A stretch of 64,000 nt of DNA from contig CBDBDQ010000005.1 in assembly GCA_965203905.1 (NCBI GenBank), positions 4,160,001 through 4,224,000 of the forward strand, given 5' to 3'. This document shows positions 60,955-64,000 of this stretch, one piece after another. This DNA comes from Spirochaetia bacterium (GTDB lineage: Bacteria > Spirochaetota > Spirochaetia > SZUA-6 > Bin103). The stretch's first letter is position 1, and each line of letters opens with the position of its first letter. The position numbers and the translations under genes are program-made. The notes below the pieces were generated by a model. It searched no databases. It was given only the letters and a program-made list of their open reading frames with translations, and had not been told where the DNA came from.

Positions 60955-61952
60955 TGCCGAAACTTGGCGCGGAGGTGCCGTTGTCCACGACGGAGAGGGC
61001 CGAATCGACCAGTGCCCCGCGCGTGAGCGGCGCTACGTCCAGCAGGCGCGCTCACGCGCTCTCTCGCAGGCCCCGGCCCGGTGAGGCCATCATTCAGGTC
61101 TTACTGTTCTTCTGCGGCGCCCTGTCGATCTTCGTCACCGTGGGCATCGTCATCGTGCTCGGCCGCGAGTCGATCGTGTTCTTCCGCAATGATGCGGTGA
61201 ACCTGTGGATGTTCCTCACCACCACGGAGTGGCAGCCCGCGATAGGCAGGTTCGGGATCATCCCCCTGGTCAACGCTACCCTGATGACCAGCCTCACGGC
61301 GATGCTGGTGGCGGTGCCGATCGGCATGAGCGTGGCGATCTACCTCAGCGAGTACGCCCACCCGCGGATGCGCGCCTTCCTCAAGCCGATCCTGGAGGTC
61401 CTTGCCGGCATCCCCACCGTCGTGTATGGCTACTTCGCCCTCACCTTCATGACTCCGTTGCTGCGCGGCGTGTTCGGCGTGGAGGTGGTGCAGATCTACA
61501 ACACCGCGTCCGCCGGCATCGTGATCGGCATCCTGATCCTGCCGCTGATCTCCTCCATGGCCGAGGACGCGCTGTCGGCGGTGCCGCGGTCCCTGCGCGA
61601 GGCGGCGCTGGGGCTGGGAGCGACCCGTCTGGAGACGGCGGTCAAGATCGTGGTGCCGGCGGCGTTCTCCGGCATCGCCGCCGCCTTCATCATCGGGCTG
61701 TCGCGGGCCGTCGGCGAGACCATGATCGTGGCCCTGGCTGCCGGCGCCGGATCGGCCTTCACTTTCAACCCGTTCCACGCCGCCGAGACCATGACCGGCC
61801 ACATCGTGCGCATCAGCGGCGGCGACCTGAGCTATCAGTCGATCGACTACAACAGCATCTACTCGATCGGCCTGGTGCTGTTCTTCATCACCCTGGGACT
61901 GAACATGCTCAGCCGCCGTATCGTGCGGCGCTTCCGCGAGGTATACGAGTGA
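60954..61952 (+). CDS. pstC: phosphate ABC transporter permease PstC
   Basis: AIYLSEYA, LAGIPTVVYGYFAL, SRAVGETMIV, RFREVYE; start uncertain. Confidence 0.93.
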   Translation: MPKLGAEVPLSTTERAESTSAPRVSGATSSRRAHALSRRPRPGEAIIQVLLFFCGALSIFVTVGIVIVLGRESIVFFRNDAVNLWMFLTTTEWQPAIGRFGIIPLVNATLMTSLTAMLVAVPIGMSVAIYLSEYAHPRMRAFLKPILEVLAGIPTVVYGYFALTFMTPLLRGVFGVEVVQIYNTASAGIVIGILILPLISSMAEDALSAVPRSLREAALGLGATRLETAVKIVVPAAFSGIAAAFIIGLSRAVGETMIVALAAGAGSAFTFNPFHAAETMTGHIVRISGGDLSYQSIDYNSIYSIGLVLFFITLGLNMLSRRIVRRFREVYE

Positions 61953-63181
61953 GCGACACCACGGCCAACCTGGCGGCGCGCCACCGGATGGGGCTGGTCT
62001 GGCGGCTGGTGTTTCACGTGGCCACCGCGGTGGCGATCGTGATGCTCACGGCACTGCTGCTTACGGTCGCCAACCGCGCCTTCGGCCTGGTGGCGATCCA
62101 GAACGCGATCGAGCCGCAGGAACTTGCCCGCGACGGCGTTGCCCTGGAGCGCATGGACAAGGAGACGCTGCGGGCCGTGCTGGGCGAGCATGTTTCGCGC
62201 GGCCTGATGCGGCGCTTCGAGCGCGAACGACCGTTCGCCGAACGCAGCCGCGACGAGGTCTACGCGCTGGTGATCGAGCGGGTGGTGGATCCGTCGGTGG
62301 TGCAGGCGTGGCCGCTGTGGGACTCGCTGTTCCGGCGCCAGGCGGTGGTCGAGGAGGCGACGGCCAGGTATCCCCAGGCGCACGTGGCGTTCCGTTCCTG
62401 GCTCACGGGTACGTTCATCAGCCGGGCCCAGTCCAGCCGGCCTGACGACGCCGGCGTACGGGCGGCCATCAAGGGTTCGCTGTGGACCATCCTCGTCACC
62501 GTGCTGTTCGCCTTTCCGGTGGGTGTCGGCGCCGCGATCTACCTGGAGGAGTACGCGCAGGATACGCGGCTGAACCGGGCCATACAGACCAACATCAACA
62601 ACCTGGCGGGGGTACCGTCCATCATCTACGGGATGCTCGGGCTGACGGTGTTCGTGCGCGCCATGGAGCAGGTCACCAGCGGTGCCGTGTTCGGGCTGGC
62701 CAGCGACGCCAGCGCCAGCGGCCGCACCATCCTCTCCGCGGGGCTTACCCTCGGCCTGCTGATCCTCCCGGTGATCATCATCAACGCCCAGGAGGCGATC
62801 AAGGCGGTGCCCGACAGTCTGCGCCAGTCGAGCTACGGGCTCGGCGCGAGCAAGTGGCAGACCATTCGCTATCATGTGCTGCCCGGCTGCTTCGACCGCA
62901 TCATGACCGGCACCATCCTGGCCGTTTCCCGCGCCATCGGCGAGACCGCTCCCATGGTGGTGGTCGGCGCCTCCACGCTGGTGACGCTGGATCCCACCGG
63001 CCCGTTCTCCAAGTTCACCACGCTGCCGATCCAGATCTACCAGTGGACGGCACGGCCGCAGGCGGAGTTTCGCAACGCGGCGGCGGCGGCCATCCTGGTG
63101 CTGCTGGTACTGTTGTTGACGCTGAACGCCACGGCGATCCTGTTGCGCAACCACTACGCCAGGAAGCGGCGGGTCGCCTGA
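61949..63181 (+). CDS. pstA: phosphate ABC transporter permease PstA
   Basis: [36 protein letters not shown]; GTGA overlap with pstC. Confidence 0.93.
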   Translation: MSDTTANLAARHRMGLVWRLVFHVATAVAIVMLTALLLTVANRAFGLVAIQNAIEPQELARDGVALERMDKETLRAVLGEHVSRGLMRRFERERPFAERSRDEVYALVIERVVDPSVVQAWPLWDSLFRRQAVVEEATARYPQAHVAFRSWLTGTFISRAQSSRPDDAGVRAAIKGSLWTILVTVLFAFPVGVGAAIYLEEYAQDTRLNRAIQTNINNLAGVPSIIYGMLGLTVFVRAMEQVTSGAVFGLASDASASGRTILSAGLTLGLLILPVIIINAQEAIKAVPDSLRQSSYGLGASKWQTIRYHVLPGCFDRIMTGTILAVSRAIGETAPMVVVGASTLVTLDPTGPFSKFTTLPIQIYQWTARPQAEFRNAAAAAILVLLVLLLTLNATAILLRNHYARKRRVA

Positions 63182-63215
63182 TGGATCGCGTTTCCGTCGC
63201 GCCGGGAAGGAGCCG

Positions 63216-64000
63216 ATGTCTACCCAGGTAACCTCGCATCCCGCGGACCTGCCGGTCCCGTCCGCCGAGTCCAGCGCCCTGTCGGTGGATGCCCTGCACG
63301 TCTCTTACGGCAGCTTTCTGGCGGTGCGAGACATCGGCATGAGCTTCGGCACGCGCCGCATCACCGCGCTGATCGGCCCCTCCGGCTGCGGCAAGACCAC
63401 AATGCTGCGCTCCCTGAATCGGATGAACGAACTGGTGCCCACGGCGCGCACGCAGGGCTCGGTGCTGTTTCACGGACGCAACATCTATGACGCGGACGTG
63501 GATCCGGTCGAGGTGCGGCGGCGCATCGGCATGGTGTTCCAGAAGCCCAACCCGTTTCCCAAGTCGATCTACGAGAACATCGCCTGGGGCGCACGCATCA
63601 ACGGTCTGAACGGCAACATGGACGAGCTGGTGGAGAAATCGCTGACCCAGGCCGCGCTGTGGGACGACGTGAAGGACAAGCTGCAGGACAGCGGCCTGAG
63701 TCTTTCCGGCGGCCAGCAGCAACGCTTGTGCATCGCGCGTGCCATCGCGGTGGAGCCCGAAATCATTCTCATGGACGAACCCTGCTCGGCGCTGGATCCC
63801 ATTGCCACGCTACGCATCGAGGACCTGATGAAGGAACTGGCGGCACGGTTTACCATCATCATCGTCACCCACAACATGCAGCAGGCGGCGCGGGTGTCCG
63901 ACTACACCGCCTTCTTCATGATGGACGAAGAGCGGGCCGGCTACCTCGTAGAGTACGGGCCCACCGGCCGCATCTTCACCAATCCCGACGAGCAGAGCAC
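63216..64000 (+). CDS. pstB: phosphate ABC transporter ATP-binding protein PstB, 3'-partial
   Basis: [60 protein letters not shown]. Confidence 0.96.
   Translation, partial: MSTQVTSHPADLPVPSAESSALSVDALHVSYGSFLAVRDIGMSFGTRRITALIGPSGCGKTTMLRSLNRMNELVPTARTQGSVLFHGRNIYDADVDPVEVRRRIGMVFQKPNPFPKSIYENIAWGARINGLNGNMDELVEKSLTQAALWDDVKDKLQDSGLSLSGGQQQRLCIARAIAVEPEIILMDEPCSALDPIATLRIEDLMKELAARFTIIIVTHNMQQAARVSDYTAFFMMDEERAGYLVEYGPTGRIFTNPDEQS

Overview
High-GC bacterial chromosomal window, most consistent with a spirochaete (inference from the solute-binding-protein N-termini, stand-alone groES, JAB-DinG fusion and a sigma54-type promoter before an RpoS-like sigma factor). The core backbone comprises a sigma54 activator, a WecA/MraY transferase, two peptide ABC operons, aminopeptidase P, a sulfatase/TauD/GH42/sugar-ABC catabolic cluster, a lysine-riboswitch-led asd-lysC-lysA-dapF-dapL operon, DinG, GroES, PpdK, UvrD and pstCAB. 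Between the core genes lie many small accessory patches, mostly defence/toxin-antitoxin-like and often decayed: two AAA+PD-(D/E)XK ATPases, a HipA-like kinase + HIRAN pair, a tandem TIR-TIR cassette flanked by a duplicated host-gene 3' end, an ABC-ATPase + truncated HNH pair, a Fur-led CobW/flavoprotein/WD40/Cys-rich metal cluster, and a ~4.4 kb island bounded by a 12-bp direct repeat carrying a degenerate tRNA-Arg, an HsdR-N nuclease and an IS1595 remnant. No CRISPR array, rRNA, integrase or reverse transcriptase was seen. All family calls are from motif recognition by eye, without database searches.
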